Positions 43,793 through 53,456 of a DNA stretch of 61,859 nt are shown in pieces; positions within the stretch are counted from its first letter, which is position 1; every line of letters begins with the position of its first letter. Both the position numbers and the translations under genes were made by a program. The stretch is from Chlorobiota bacterium (lineage in GTDB: Bacteria; Bacteroidota; Ignavibacteria; Kapaibacteriales; HRBIN21), in the NCBI GenBank assembly GCA_039630485.1, contig JBCNUX010000006.1:1-61859 (forward strand), written 5' to 3'. The notes beneath the pieces were generated by a model. It searched no databases. It had not been told where the DNA came from and saw nothing but the letters and a program-made list of their open reading frames with translations.

Positions 43793-46700
43793 TTGGAATC
43801 CTTGTGCCGAGAAAGTCCGAATTTCGCCGTGCCAATATACTCAACCGGCCTGACCTTCAACGTGGCATACCTTCTCTTCAACACGGCCGCATGGCAGCAA
43901 TGGAAACAGCTACAGCACGAGCCCCGGATACTTGAGGAGGAGCTCAGGGTTGAGGCCCTGCTGGACAAGGCTGCCAGGGCGGATACGCCAGAGCGTTTCC
44001 TCTGCATTGTCCCGACAGAACGGCGTGTCCGGTGGTTGAAGCGGCAGTACTTTCGCCGAGTGTTTGAGCTTCATGGAAAATCTACCTCAGAGCCGGCGGT
44101 GCTGACTCTGGCGGGCTTTCTCTGGACATGTTTCGCCAAGCTCTTCCCGCTAGGGCGTTACACAGTGCTGTCGGATGCTCACCGCTTGGCGCTGGTTGAG
44201 GACGCATCGGTGCGGGCTGCTCTCTCCTTCTACCGGAGGCATGACGATGACAGACCGCTGCCTCCTGCTCTGCTGGAGCAACTGGCTGCACTGTTGGACG
44301 GTATCCGACGTGATGGAGTAAAGGCTGCGGCCCTTTGGGCACGCCTTGAGGAAGCTCGCGAGCAGAACGATCCCAACGTTGACGCCGCCCGCCTCCACGA
44401 CATTGCTGCGATTGCCCAAGCGTACGAAGAGCTGTTAGGGGACGATCTCGTAGATGAGCCGCGCGGTTGGGAACTTCTAGCGGAGCAGGTAACCTATCGG
44501 GGCGGTAGTGCTCTGAAGGAACTCTTTCCAGCGGCGGAGATGCTGCTGGTGGAAGGGTTCTCCGCCTTCCGCATGCCGGAGCTGAACTTCTTGCAGCTCC
44601 TGGCAACGCAGACTCTGCCGGTAGTTGTCAGCATCGACTACTCGCCCGACAATGGGCCCCTTTTCGGCAACTTCCAAGAACTCATCGAGCGACTGCAGCA
44701 GGCAGGGTACGCGGCCTACGCTACCGATCCCCCAGTGCTCATGACGGAACAGACACCGGCAGAGGAACGAATCTTCTTGCCGCTGGGGGCATATCTGCGC
44801 CGGTGGCTCTTCAATACGGAGCGCGAGATTCGCCATCCTGGCTTCTCCGAGGTCGTCACGATACTGGAGTGTCGGGATCGCGAGGAAGAGGTTCGTACGA
44901 TCGCTCGGCTCGTTAAAGAGCTGCTCTGCCGCCAAGGGTACCGCCCGCAGGAGATTGCAGTTGTAATGCGTCAGCCGCAGCGGTATTCCGCGCTCTTTCG
45001 GGAAATCTTCACCCAGTACGGCATACCGGCGAACGTTACGGATCGCTTCTGGCTCTCTCAGTCTCCGGTCGTCGTTGCCGTTATGAGCTTGCTGGAGCTT
45101 CCCCTCAACGGTTTTCGCCGTGTGGACTTAGAGCGCCTCGTCCATAGCCCGCACATTACCCTTTCTGGACCTGGAGGCGAGCCGATTGACGGAAGGAACC
45201 TCGTTGCTGTGGCAGCTCGGCTACGAATTGTCGGTGGGCATCAATTCGGCGGCGTCTTCGGGTGGCTACGACAGATGCGGAGTGCTGCGGAGTTCCTCAG
45301 GCGGCACCTGACGCTTCTGGAGGAGGATCCCTACGCCGATCCCTTGGAGCGAGAACAGCTGCAGCGCGAGTTAGCAGCCTGCGAGCAGGCACTGCACGAC
45401 TTTGAGGCTCTCCAGCGCCGCCTCTCCTGGGCAAACCGCCGCCTGACCCCGATGGAGTTCTTGCGCCTCGTTACGGAGGAGATTCTCGTCGGCATGGGGA
45501 TTTACGGGTCAATCACGGCTGCTTACGAGCGGCTCCGCAACCAGCAGTGGCAGAGCACCGCAGAGTGGTTGACGGTGCTGGAGCGAGTAGAACAAGAGGC
45601 GCGAGCCGTCACGCGACTGACGGAAGTAACGGAAGAGCTGGTGGCTCTCTACCAGCGTCGTTGGGGAACGGAGCCACGCCCGCTGGCGGAGTACGTCCAG
45701 CGTTTCGCGACAGCTCTACGGGGAGAGCGGTATCAGGTGAGGGAGAAGCCAGGAGCAGGGGTGACGATCACCTCAATCGAGCAGACCCGTGGCATTCCTT
45801 TCCGAGTGCTCATCCTCTGCGGCGCCGTAGATGGCGAGTTCCCGCTGCCCTACCGGACAGAGGTCTTTTTGGGCTACGAACTCCCTGGCGCGGAAGAGCG
45901 CCACCGCCGTGCTGAGCGAATGCTCTTCTACCAGTTCCTGACCAACCACCCCGAGGCCTTAGAGCGAGGGGAGCAGCGCCTCTTCATCACCTACCCTACA
46001 ACGGAGGAGACAGAGCAGTTGGTGCGTTCCCCGTTCGTGGAGGAGCTGTTGAAGGTGACCTCGCTGGAGCAAGACGGCTGTGTGGTGAGTGTCCCTGCAT
46101 TGCTACGGGTCTTCCATGAAGGCTGGGAGGAGGAGCAACCACCCCCAGCTTCCCAAATGCTCGAGCGTGCCCCTTGGATAGCAGTCCAAGGCAACGTTGC
46201 AGAGCTGGCCTTCTTGGCATGGGAGCGCGGCCAGGAGATATCGGAGCTCGCAGGAGAGGAGCTCCTGCTTCCCTCTAGGCTCCATCCGTGGGAGCCCTCG
46301 GCAGTGCCGTATCCACTCCAGTTGTTGCCAGGGCTTCAGCGGCGTTTCTTGGAGCGAGTTGGCATATACTTTTCTGCGACCGAGCTGGAGCTCTACCGCC
46401 GCTGCCCGTACCGTTACTTCGCTACCCATGTCTTGGGGCTACCCGGTGAGCGCCGCCCTCCATTGGAGCTCTCCCCGATAGAGCGAGGCCTCCTCCTTCA
46501 CCGCATCGTCTACCGCTTCTTCCGCGAACTCCAGGAGGAATACGGGCAGCACATTGCTACAGCCCGACGCTCAGGGCTGCCGCTACTGCGCACGGCACCG
46601 CTTGTGGAGGAGCTGGATGCTGCCTATGAACGGCTCCGGCGGATTGCTCAGGAGGAGCTCCAACGCTTCCAGTTTGAGCATCCCTGGTTTACACTAGAGG

Positions 46701-47341
46701 TTGAGCGACTGCTTGGCCACGGGGAGCAGCAGGGAATGCTATGGTACTGGCTCCAGTCAGAGTTGAGGCGACAGCAGCAGCGTCCTGGGTTCCTCCCGGT
46801 AGCCTTTGAGTTCGGTTTTGGGATGCGCCCCACCCTTGCGGAGCCGGTCCAGTTCAGTAGCGAGGCATGGTTGCAGGGACGTGTTGACCGTATTGAGCTG
46901 TGGCAGGAGGAAGCAGATGTGCGGCTGGGAATTGCCGACTACAAGAGTGGCCTACTGCGGCAGCTTACAGCAGCCGATGTCTCCAGGGGGGTACATCTCC
47001 AGCTCCCATTGTATCTCTGGGCCGTTCAGCAAATCCTGCGGCGCGACTATGGTCTTGACACAGAGCCGGTATTTGCCGCCCTCTATGCCCTGCGGCCTAT
47101 GCGGGAGCGGCAAGAAGCTGCAGAGTACGAGCGCTTGCTTGTCAGCACCTGGAGAGGAGGCCAATCGTCATCGGTGGAGGAGGTTTTGAGGCAGAGCCTC
47201 ACCTACGCTCAGGAGGCTGTGGAAGGGATTCGCTCGGCTCTCTTCCCCGTGCGCCCGTATCGTCACACGTTCTGTCGCACTTGTCCGTATACAGTCCTGT
47301 GTCGTATCCGTCAGCTCCAAGTCCTCGAAGAAGAGCCATGA
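43793..47341 (+). CDS. AddB/RexB-like PD-(D/E)XK nuclease with an inactivated helicase-like N-terminal region and an Fe-S cluster motif
   Basis: The protein contains LVEGFSAFRMPELNFL, ITSIEQTRGIPFRVLILCGAVDGEFP, the nuclease-domain start SATELELYRRCPYRYF, GRVDRIEL...IADYKSG, and the C-terminal CRTCPYTVLC (C-x2-C-x5-C). The start is uncertain (TTG at 43793 or downstream GTGs). Confidence 0.7.
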   Translation: MESLCRESPNFAVPIYSTGLTFNVAYLLFNTAAWQQWKQLQHEPRILEEELRVEALLDKAARADTPERFLCIVPTERRVRWLKRQYFRRVFELHGKSTSEPAVLTLAGFLWTCFAKLFPLGRYTVLSDAHRLALVEDASVRAALSFYRRHDDDRPLPPALLEQLAALLDGIRRDGVKAAALWARLEEAREQNDPNVDAARLHDIAAIAQAYEELLGDDLVDEPRGWELLAEQVTYRGGSALKELFPAAEMLLVEGFSAFRMPELNFLQLLATQTLPVVVSIDYSPDNGPLFGNFQELIERLQQAGYAAYATDPPVLMTEQTPAEERIFLPLGAYLRRWLFNTEREIRHPGFSEVVTILECRDREEEVRTIARLVKELLCRQGYRPQEIAVVMRQPQRYSALFREIFTQYGIPANVTDRFWLSQSPVVVAVMSLLELPLNGFRRVDLERLVHSPHITLSGPGGEPIDGRNLVAVAARLRIVGGHQFGGVFGWLRQMRSAAEFLRRHLTLLEEDPYADPLEREQLQRELAACEQALHDFEALQRRLSWANRRLTPMEFLRLVTEEILVGMGIYGSITAAYERLRNQQWQSTAEWLTVLERVEQEARAVTRLTEVTEELVALYQRRWGTEPRPLAEYVQRFATALRGERYQVREKPGAGVTITSIEQTRGIPFRVLILCGAVDGEFPLPYRTEVFLGYELPGAEERHRRAERMLFYQFLTNHPEALERGEQRLFITYPTTEETEQLVRSPFVEELLKVTSLEQDGCVVSVPALLRVFHEGWEEEQPPPASQMLERAPWIAVQGNVAELAFLAWERGQEISELAGEELLLPSRLHPWEPSAVPYPLQLLPGLQRRFLERVGIYFSATELELYRRCPYRYFATHVLGLPGERRPPLELSPIERGLLLHRIVYRFFRELQEEYGQHIATARRSGLPLLRTAPLVEELDAAYERLRRIAQEELQRFQFEHPWFTLEVERLLGHGEQQGMLWYWLQSELRRQQQRPGFLPVAFEFGFGMRPTLAEPVQFSSEAWLQGRVDRIELWQEEADVRLGIADYKSGLLRQLTAADVSRGVHLQLPLYLWAVQQILRRDYGLDTEPVFAALYALRPMRERQEAAEYERLLVSTWRGGQSSSVEEVLRQSLTYAQEAVEGIRSALFPVRPYRHTFCRTCPYTVLCRIRQLQVLEEEP

Positions 47342-49824
47342 AGCGATTCGGCGCTAAGCTTCCGGAACCCTTGCCGCCGGAGAAGCTGCGCTGGCGATGT
47401 AGCGAGGAGGAGCTCTCTTTCGAGACAACGGATGAGCTGGAGCCATTGCAAGAGATTGTAGGCCAATCCCGAGCATTGGAGGCCTTAAGGTTGGGGGTCA
47501 GCCTCTGGGCTCCAGGCTACAACATCTACGTCTCAGGGCTCTCGGGGACTGGTCGCCTAACGACAGTGCAGAAGATTCTCCGAGAGGCCTTGACTGTCTG
47601 CCCGCCCCTCTACGACTACTGCTACGTGCACAACTTTCGGGATCGAAGTCAGCCACGCCTCTTGCGTCTTCCGAAAGGGCAGGGAACGACATTCCGGAAC
47701 GCCTTGGAGCGGGCGATTGCTCTCTTGCGCCAAAGGATTCCTCAGTTGTTTGAGCAAGAGGAGTTCCGCTCCCGCCGCCATAGCTTAGCACAGGACTTCG
47801 AGCAGCGTCATCGCCAACTTCTGCAGCAGTTTGAGGAGCAGCTTCAACAGCAGGGGTTCGTGCTGGGACAGGTGCAGACACAAGCTGGGATTGAGCCCGA
47901 GATCTTCCCTGTCGTTGCTGGAACGCCGGTTACGATTGACGAGCTGGATGACTACGTACGCGGACGAAAGCTGACACCAGAAGAGGCACAGGAGATTCGG
48001 CGCCGCTACGACGAAGCGCGTTTTGGCCTCCAAGAGCTGACTCGCTCGGCGGCACGTCTCTGGCAGGAATACCAACAGGCGGTGCGAGAGCACGATCGTT
48101 CGGCTGTCATGGTGCTTGTTCGCGGAGTCTTTGGGGAGCTACGCGAGAATTTCCCGTACGAGCGTGTGGAGGAGTTTCTTGCAGAGGTAGAACAGGACTT
48201 GCTGGATCACCTGCACTTGTTCGTTGCAGAACCTCAGGAGACTCCGCTCCAGGCCGAACAGCGCTTGGCATTGCTGAACGAGCGCTTGCGGTACTATAGC
48301 GTCAACGTCGTTGTAGACAACAGCCAGACAGAATGCGCTCCAGTTATCGTAGAGACATCGCCCACCTATGCCAACCTCCTCGGTACAATTGACCGTGCGG
48401 TGGATGGTCGCGGGTTGTGGTCGGCTGACTACACTTCCATCCGGGCTGGCTCCGTGTTGCGGGCTGACCAGGGCTACCTCATCCTCAATGCCTTAGATGT
48501 CCTAGTCCAGCCTGGGGTATGGGCAGCGTTGAAGAATGTCATCCTCTACGGCAAGTTGGACATCCAGGCTTGGGATCCTCTCTTCGCGCTACTGCCTGCG
48601 GGCATCAAACCAGAGCCCGTCCACGTGCGGCTGAAGGTAGTCCTCATCGGACCGGAGGAGGTGTACACGCTGCTACACTTGCTGGATGAGGACTTCCCCA
48701 AGATGTTCAAGGTGCATGCCCAGTTTGACTCCGAAGCTCCGCGCTCTCCGGAGCTTTTGCTGGCCTACGCTCGTTTCATCCGTAAGCTGAGCCAGCAGGA
48801 AGGAATTCTACCGGCACATCGTAGCGCCGTGGCGGCGATAGCAGAATGGGCTGCCGAATGGGCAGAGACTCAACGGAAGCTGACACTCCTCTTCAGCGAT
48901 CTGGCCGATGTCATACGGGAGGCTCACTATGCAGCACAGCAGCAAGGTGCAGCGCGCATAGAGCGGGCTCACGTGGAGGAAGCACTCTCCGCACGTCGGC
49001 GCCGCTCTGACCTTGTAGATGAAAAGATCCGCGAGCTCATCCTCCTGGGCAGCTTGCTGATTGATACAACGGGGGAGCGAATTGGGCAGGTGAATGGCCT
49101 GACAGTCTACTCCACCGGCACCTACAGCTTCGGCAAGCCTGTGCGGATTACGGCTTCGGTCGGTAGCGGAAGTAGCGGTATCATCAGCATTGAACGGGAG
49201 GCGGAGCTCAGCGGGCGCATCCACAGCAAAGGGGTACTCATCCTCGCGGGGTTGTTACGCGAGCGCTTCGCCCACCGCCATCCGCTGACGTTGACGGCTT
49301 CACTGACGTTTGAACAGTCGTACAGTAGTGTGGACGGTGACAGCGCTTCAGCGGCGGAGCTTTATGCACTGCTCTCTGCATTGGCCCAAGTTCCGGTGCG
49401 GCAGGAGATAGCTGTTACAGGCTCGCTGAGCCAGAAAGGGGACATCCAGCCTGTGGGAGGTATCAATGAGAAGATCCGTGGCTTCTTTGAAATCTGCCAA
49501 GCGCGAGGCCTTACGGGAACCCAAGGTGTTATCATTCCCTGGCAGAACGCCGAAGACTTGATGCTGCCAGACACTATCATTGATGCTGTGCGGGAGGGCC
49601 GATTCCGTATTTGGCCGATCCGCCACTTCGAGGAAGGGATCCCACTACTGATGGGAATGCCTGCGGGCGCTCTCCGTCCCGATGGTACGTATCCCCGCAA
49701 TACGCTCTTCGGCAAAGTCCAGAGGCGGCTAGAGGAGCTCTGGAGGCTATCTCAGAGCGGTCGGCAACCATCCTCGAACCGCTTACGCCGTGCCCATAGG
49801 AACCGGGTAACGCTGAAGCGGTAA
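47338..49824 (+). CDS. Lon-like protease of the LonC type (AAA-like domain with degenerate Walker A, helical insertion, S16 protease domain), 828 aa
   Basis: The protein contains IVGQSRALEAL, GLSGTGRLT in place of GxxGxGK[ST], a long helical insert, a catalytic Ser in VDGDSASAAELYALLSAL and a Lys in VGGINEKIRGFFE. The ATG at 47338 overlaps the AddB-like stop (ATGA). Confidence 0.8.
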   Translation: MKRFGAKLPEPLPPEKLRWRCSEEELSFETTDELEPLQEIVGQSRALEALRLGVSLWAPGYNIYVSGLSGTGRLTTVQKILREALTVCPPLYDYCYVHNFRDRSQPRLLRLPKGQGTTFRNALERAIALLRQRIPQLFEQEEFRSRRHSLAQDFEQRHRQLLQQFEEQLQQQGFVLGQVQTQAGIEPEIFPVVAGTPVTIDELDDYVRGRKLTPEEAQEIRRRYDEARFGLQELTRSAARLWQEYQQAVREHDRSAVMVLVRGVFGELRENFPYERVEEFLAEVEQDLLDHLHLFVAEPQETPLQAEQRLALLNERLRYYSVNVVVDNSQTECAPVIVETSPTYANLLGTIDRAVDGRGLWSADYTSIRAGSVLRADQGYLILNALDVLVQPGVWAALKNVILYGKLDIQAWDPLFALLPAGIKPEPVHVRLKVVLIGPEEVYTLLHLLDEDFPKMFKVHAQFDSEAPRSPELLLAYARFIRKLSQQEGILPAHRSAVAAIAEWAAEWAETQRKLTLLFSDLADVIREAHYAAQQQGAARIERAHVEEALSARRRRSDLVDEKIRELILLGSLLIDTTGERIGQVNGLTVYSTGTYSFGKPVRITASVGSGSSGIISIEREAELSGRIHSKGVLILAGLLRERFAHRHPLTLTASLTFEQSYSSVDGDSASAAELYALLSALAQVPVRQEIAVTGSLSQKGDIQPVGGINEKIRGFFEICQARGLTGTQGVIIPWQNAEDLMLPDTIIDAVREGRFRIWPIRHFEEGIPLLMGMPAGALRPDGTYPRNTLFGKVQRRLEELWRLSQSGRQPSSNRLRRAHRNRVTLKR

Positions 49825-50516
49825 TGCAAGGACGCACCGTCCGGATTGCGCCGTCACTGCTGGCTGCAGACTTCGCGTGCTTGAAGGAGGAGCTGGCCGC
49901 CTGCGAGCGGGCTGGCGTAGACCTGCTCCATGTGGACGTCATGGATGGTCACTTCGTTCCCAACATTACGCTTGGTCCCCCAATCGTCGCAGCTCTGCGT
50001 CCTCACACGCGACTTCCAATAGACTGTCACCTCATGCTTGCGGAGCCAGAGCGGTATATCCCTGCTTTCGCTGAAGCTGGAGCTGACTGGATTTCTGTCC
50101 ACGTTGAAGTCTGTTGGCATCTCCACCGGGTGCTCACCCTTATTCGTAGCTTCGGCAAGCGGGTAGGAGTGGTCCTCAACCCTACGACTCCTCTGGCGTA
50201 CGCCTATGAAGCCGTGCCGTACTGCGATTTCTTCGTGCTCATGTCGGTCAACCCTGGCTTTGGGGGGCAGGAGTTCATCCCCGGTGTGCTGCGGCGCATC
50301 TCAGAACTGCGAGACTTTCTGCTGCGGCAGGGAGTGGAGAGGGATATCGAGGTCGATGGTGGTATCCACGCCGGGAATGTTGGAGATGTCGTTCGTGCTG
50401 GCGCCACTGTTATTGTCAGCGGCTCCGCTCTCTTTCGCGGTGACCTGGTACAGAACGTACGGGCATTCCGACGCCTCATCGCCGAGGCGGTGGATCCTGG
50501 CCCAGTAGGTAGCTAA
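49824..50516 (+). CDS. rpe: Ribulose-phosphate 3-epimerase, 230 aa
   Basis: The protein contains IAPSLLAADFACL, LHVDVMDGHFVPN and MSVNPGFGGQ. Its ATG overlaps the Lon-like stop (TAATG). Confidence 0.93.
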   Translation: MQGRTVRIAPSLLAADFACLKEELAACERAGVDLLHVDVMDGHFVPNITLGPPIVAALRPHTRLPIDCHLMLAEPERYIPAFAEAGADWISVHVEVCWHLHRVLTLIRSFGKRVGVVLNPTTPLAYAYEAVPYCDFFVLMSVNPGFGGQEFIPGVLRRISELRDFLLRQGVERDIEVDGGIHAGNVGDVVRAGATVIVSGSALFRGDLVQNVRAFRRLIAEAVDPGPVGS

Positions 50517-51126
50517 TCCCAAAGGACCACGCTGCCCCCCACCGCAACGCGGAAGCATGGAAGCCCCAGCCATCTGTGAGATAGGCCAAACGTACGGAGA
50601 ACGGTACTAGCAGCTTGCAGTCGGCGACGAGGTGTGACCGTGGGGAGAAGTGGAAGGTAAGTCCCCCGCCTACACCGAGGCTAGGGAACCAACGGTTCTC
50701 GAAGTGGCGGCTGGCATATGGTCCAAACTCGTAGGCGATGCCTACTTCTGACACGAGATTGATACTGAGCCATTTGCCAAGCGGAAGATTCAAGGTGGGC
50801 TCATTGATGATTCCAATCCCGCCACAGCCTTCTCCTCCGATGGTACCGCCGTACGCAACTGCCATGCTGCGCAGGGAGACAATCCGAAGTTTGCTGCCTA
50901 TGCCATAGGCAGCCCCAGCACAGATCCCAGTGAACCGGGACCTATCGGAATTCAGGTTTTCACCCCCAGAGAGGTTTGCTCCGATAGCCCACCCATTGCG
51001 GTCGAGGTCAGGATGCAAGAGAAGCGGGCGCTCGAGATGGTAGAAGGCAGGAAGGTAGATGGGACCACAGCCAATGAGGCTGAGAACGGTTACGGTACTG
51101 ATTATTCCGGCATAGAGCCGTCCCAT
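50476..51126 (-). CDS. Hypothetical lipoprotein or small outer-membrane beta-barrel-like protein, 216 aa
   Basis: A lipobox-like LSLIGCG is present, along with Gly/aromatic-rich alternating segments. The position-specific GC in the one block I counted is consistent with coding in this frame. I did not recognise the family. Confidence 0.45.
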   Translation of the reverse strand: MGRLYAGIISTVTVLSLIGCGPIYLPAFYHLERPLLLHPDLDRNGWAIGANLSGGENLNSDRSRFTGICAGAAYGIGSKLRIVSLRSMAVAYGGTIGGEGCGGIGIINEPTLNLPLGKWLSINLVSEVGIAYEFGPYASRHFENRWFPSLGVGGGLTFHFSPRSHLVADCKLLVPFSVRLAYLTDGWGFHASALRWGAAWSFGISYLLGQDPPPRR

Positions 51127-51860
51127 GGCTTAACCTCACTGATGTGTGGCACAAGCTGGTGGTAGTAGAGTAGCAGTAAGGTTTCGCGTAGCGCGTTGCC
51201 TACTGTCTCGTTCCAGCGCCAGTGAATGGTCCCTTGGCGATACGGGGAAGGTTCCGTAACGGCCTCGGATTCGGGAAGTTGTGGATGTGCAAGCTCGGTG
51301 ATTGCAGCAACCAGCTCCTTGGAAGCTACTTCGGCCCGGCAGCTCCAGAAGGCTATAGGCAGAGCGTAGCCGAAGGCAGAGAACCATTCTTCCCCGATGT
51401 CTAGCCGGCTCAGGTTCGGGAGGTCTTCTCGCCAACTGAGAACGGCATCAGCGCTGTGGAGGGTTTCGGAGACGCCAGAGACTGGCATGTCGAGGAGCTG
51501 CAGCTCTGTGTCGTAGGCCTCCGCGAAGAGGAGGCGCAATGCCTGTGCCAAGAAGTGCTGAGTGGAAGGGGTAGCACAGCGCGTTATGGTCCGGAGTCCT
51601 GGGCGGAAGTACAACCACACTCGTTGCGTGTAGCCTTCGAAAGCGAGGGCTGGGCCAGGCAGAATGCGGTAGTCGACAATACCGTTGGCCTTACCGTAGT
51701 CCAGCGGGGAGAGGAGTGCGGCCTCTACGCGGCCCGCCATCAGTAGCTCTGCACATGCTTCCGGGCTGACCCGTAGGAGTCGGATGTCGGCTCGGTCTGT
51801 GGACGCCGCCACGAGAGGATCGTAGAGCGGGTCAGCGGGGGCAGCGAGTCGAAAGCGCAT
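51102..51860 (-). CDS. MqnA-like protein (futalosine-pathway chorismate dehydratase family, periplasmic-binding-protein fold), 252 aa
   Basis: The protein begins MRFRLAAPADPLYDPLV and contains PEACAELLMAGRVEAALLSPLDY, which fits the MqnA/DUF178 pattern from memory. I chose the internal ATG at 51860. Confidence 0.45.
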   Translation of the reverse strand: MRFRLAAPADPLYDPLVAASTDRADIRLLRVSPEACAELLMAGRVEAALLSPLDYGKANGIVDYRILPGPALAFEGYTQRVWLYFRPGLRTITRCATPSTQHFLAQALRLLFAEAYDTELQLLDMPVSGVSETLHSADAVLSWREDLPNLSRLDIGEEWFSAFGYALPIAFWSCRAEVASKELVAAITELAHPQLPESEAVTEPSPYRQGTIHWRWNETVGNALRETLLLLYYHQLVPHISEVKPWDGSMPE

Positions 51861-52437
51861 TGTTGGCGAGCGCTGTGGTGGACTCGAGAGGCTCGGACCA
51901 CTGTCCCTGTCGGTAGCAGCGGAGGGCTTCGTAGAGCACGATCCCTGCCGCAACAGCGACGTTCAATGAGTGCTTGACTCCGTACATCGGGATGGCAAGA
52001 GCGGCGTCGCAGACCTGGAGGACCTCTGGCTGGATCCCGACGATTTCATTGCCGAAGACGAAGGCGGCCGGAAAGTCTGCTGTGGTGAGTCCATCGTAGG
52101 GGAAAGCCGTATCGGTCAGCTCAACCGCGAAGACCCGAATGCCAGCGGAACGCAGGCTCTGGATGGCTTCTTTGCAGGAGCGTACATAGTGCCATCGAAC
52201 GCTTCTCGTGGCCCCGAGAGCGGTCTTCTCTATCTCCGGTCGGGGAGGGGTCGGGGTGTACCCGCAGAGGATAACCTCCTGGGCTCGGATGGCATCGGCA
52301 GTCCGGAAGATGGAGCCGACGTTATAGAGGCTGCGGATGTTGTCGAGCACAATCGTAATTGGATGGCGCACTGCCTGCCGTGCTTGCTCGAGGGTCAGCC
52401 TCCGCTGGCAGAGCTCCTCATAGCTTAGCTTGCGCAT
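51832..52437 (-). CDS. SpoU/TrmH-family RNA 2'-O-ribose methyltransferase, 201 aa
   Basis: The protein contains LYNVGSIFRTADA, FGNEIVGI and IPMYGVKHSLNVAVAAGIVLYE. Confidence 0.85.
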   Translation of the reverse strand: MRKLSYEELCQRRLTLEQARQAVRHPITIVLDNIRSLYNVGSIFRTADAIRAQEVILCGYTPTPPRPEIEKTALGATRSVRWHYVRSCKEAIQSLRSAGIRVFAVELTDTAFPYDGLTTADFPAAFVFGNEIVGIQPEVLQVCDAALAIPMYGVKHSLNVAVAAGIVLYEALRCYRQGQWSEPLESTTALANNALSTRCPR

Positions 52438-52484
52438 GGCATGAAAGGACGTAATTTTCTGCGGGTGCGCGCCGCTATAGACGC

Positions 52485-53456
52485 ATGGTGTGGCTTTTTG
52501 CGTTTGCTGTTGCTGTCGCCAGCCACTGGTCGAAGCTCTGGCTCGTTCAGGCTGAGGTAGCTCCGGGGAGCGTTACTGTCTACGGGAAGCCACCTTACCG
52601 AATCGAGAGCACGATTGCAGCCCCAGAAGCGGCGGATTCCACGCTGCGCTGGATTGTCATCGGTGACTGGGGAACCGGAAGCACCACGCAGCGCCGAGTT
52701 GCTCGCGCGATGGCTGCGATAGCCCGTCGGGCCCCCATCCACTTTATCCTCAGCACTGGCGACAACATCTACCCTTCAGGTGTCCTCGCTGCCGATGATC
52801 CCCAGTGGAGCATGAAGTATGAGCGCATCTATTCTGACAGCTCTCTGCAAGTGCCCTGGTATGCGGTGTTGGGCAATCACGACTACCGAGGACAACCCGA
52901 AGCCCAGATAGCATACAGCCAGCGCAGTTCCCGATGGCGTATGCCGGAGCGGTACTATAGCGTAACTCAAACCCTCCCGGATGGTACACCAGTCCTCTTT
53001 GTAGCTCTGGACACGCAGCAGCTCCTAACTGATCAGGGTGCAGTCCGCCGCCAGTTGGAGTGGTTGGAGCAAACGCTGCGCTCCTTTCCTGGACGCTGGA
53101 AGTTCGTCTGGGGGCATCATCAACTGCGCTCTGCTGGCGCCTACGGGGAGAACGAGACTTTGCTGAGGCTCCTCAAGCCACTCTTCGACCGCTACGGGGT
53201 AGTGGCCTACTTCTGCGGCCACGAGCATGACCTACAGCTGCTGAAACATCCTGATGACAACTTCCTCTGTGTTGTCTCCGGGGCTGGAGGGGGGGTGCGG
53301 TCGACCGCCTACGGTCCCCACTCCCTGTTTGCACTAGCACGGCCCGGATTCGTGTACGTGGCGCTGAGCAGCTCCGTGTGTCGGCTGTGGTTCATCACGG
53401 AGGACGGTATTCCTCAGTTCGTTCTGGACGTTGAACCTCCTTCGGACTCCCCATGA
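52485..53456 (+). CDS. Secreted calcineurin-like metallophosphoesterase (purple acid phosphatase type 5-like), 323 aa
   Basis: The protein contains GDWGTG, GDNIY, GNHDY and GHEHD. Confidence 0.85.
   Translation: MVWLFAFAVAVASHWSKLWLVQAEVAPGSVTVYGKPPYRIESTIAAPEAADSTLRWIVIGDWGTGSTTQRRVARAMAAIARRAPIHFILSTGDNIYPSGVLAADDPQWSMKYERIYSDSSLQVPWYAVLGNHDYRGQPEAQIAYSQRSSRWRMPERYYSVTQTLPDGTPVLFVALDTQQLLTDQGAVRRQLEWLEQTLRSFPGRWKFVWGHHQLRSAGAYGENETLLRLLKPLFDRYGVVAYFCGHEHDLQLLKHPDDNFLCVVSGAGGGVRSTAYGPHSLFALARPGFVYVALSSSVCRLWFITEDGIPQFVLDVEPPSDSP

Noticed and set aside
43787-43860. An FMN riboswitch was expected upstream of ribE.
   Set aside because: The available leader before the divergent AddB-like ORF is under 80 nt and shows no FMN-element-like conserved stems. 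ribE alone is also not usually the regulated gene.
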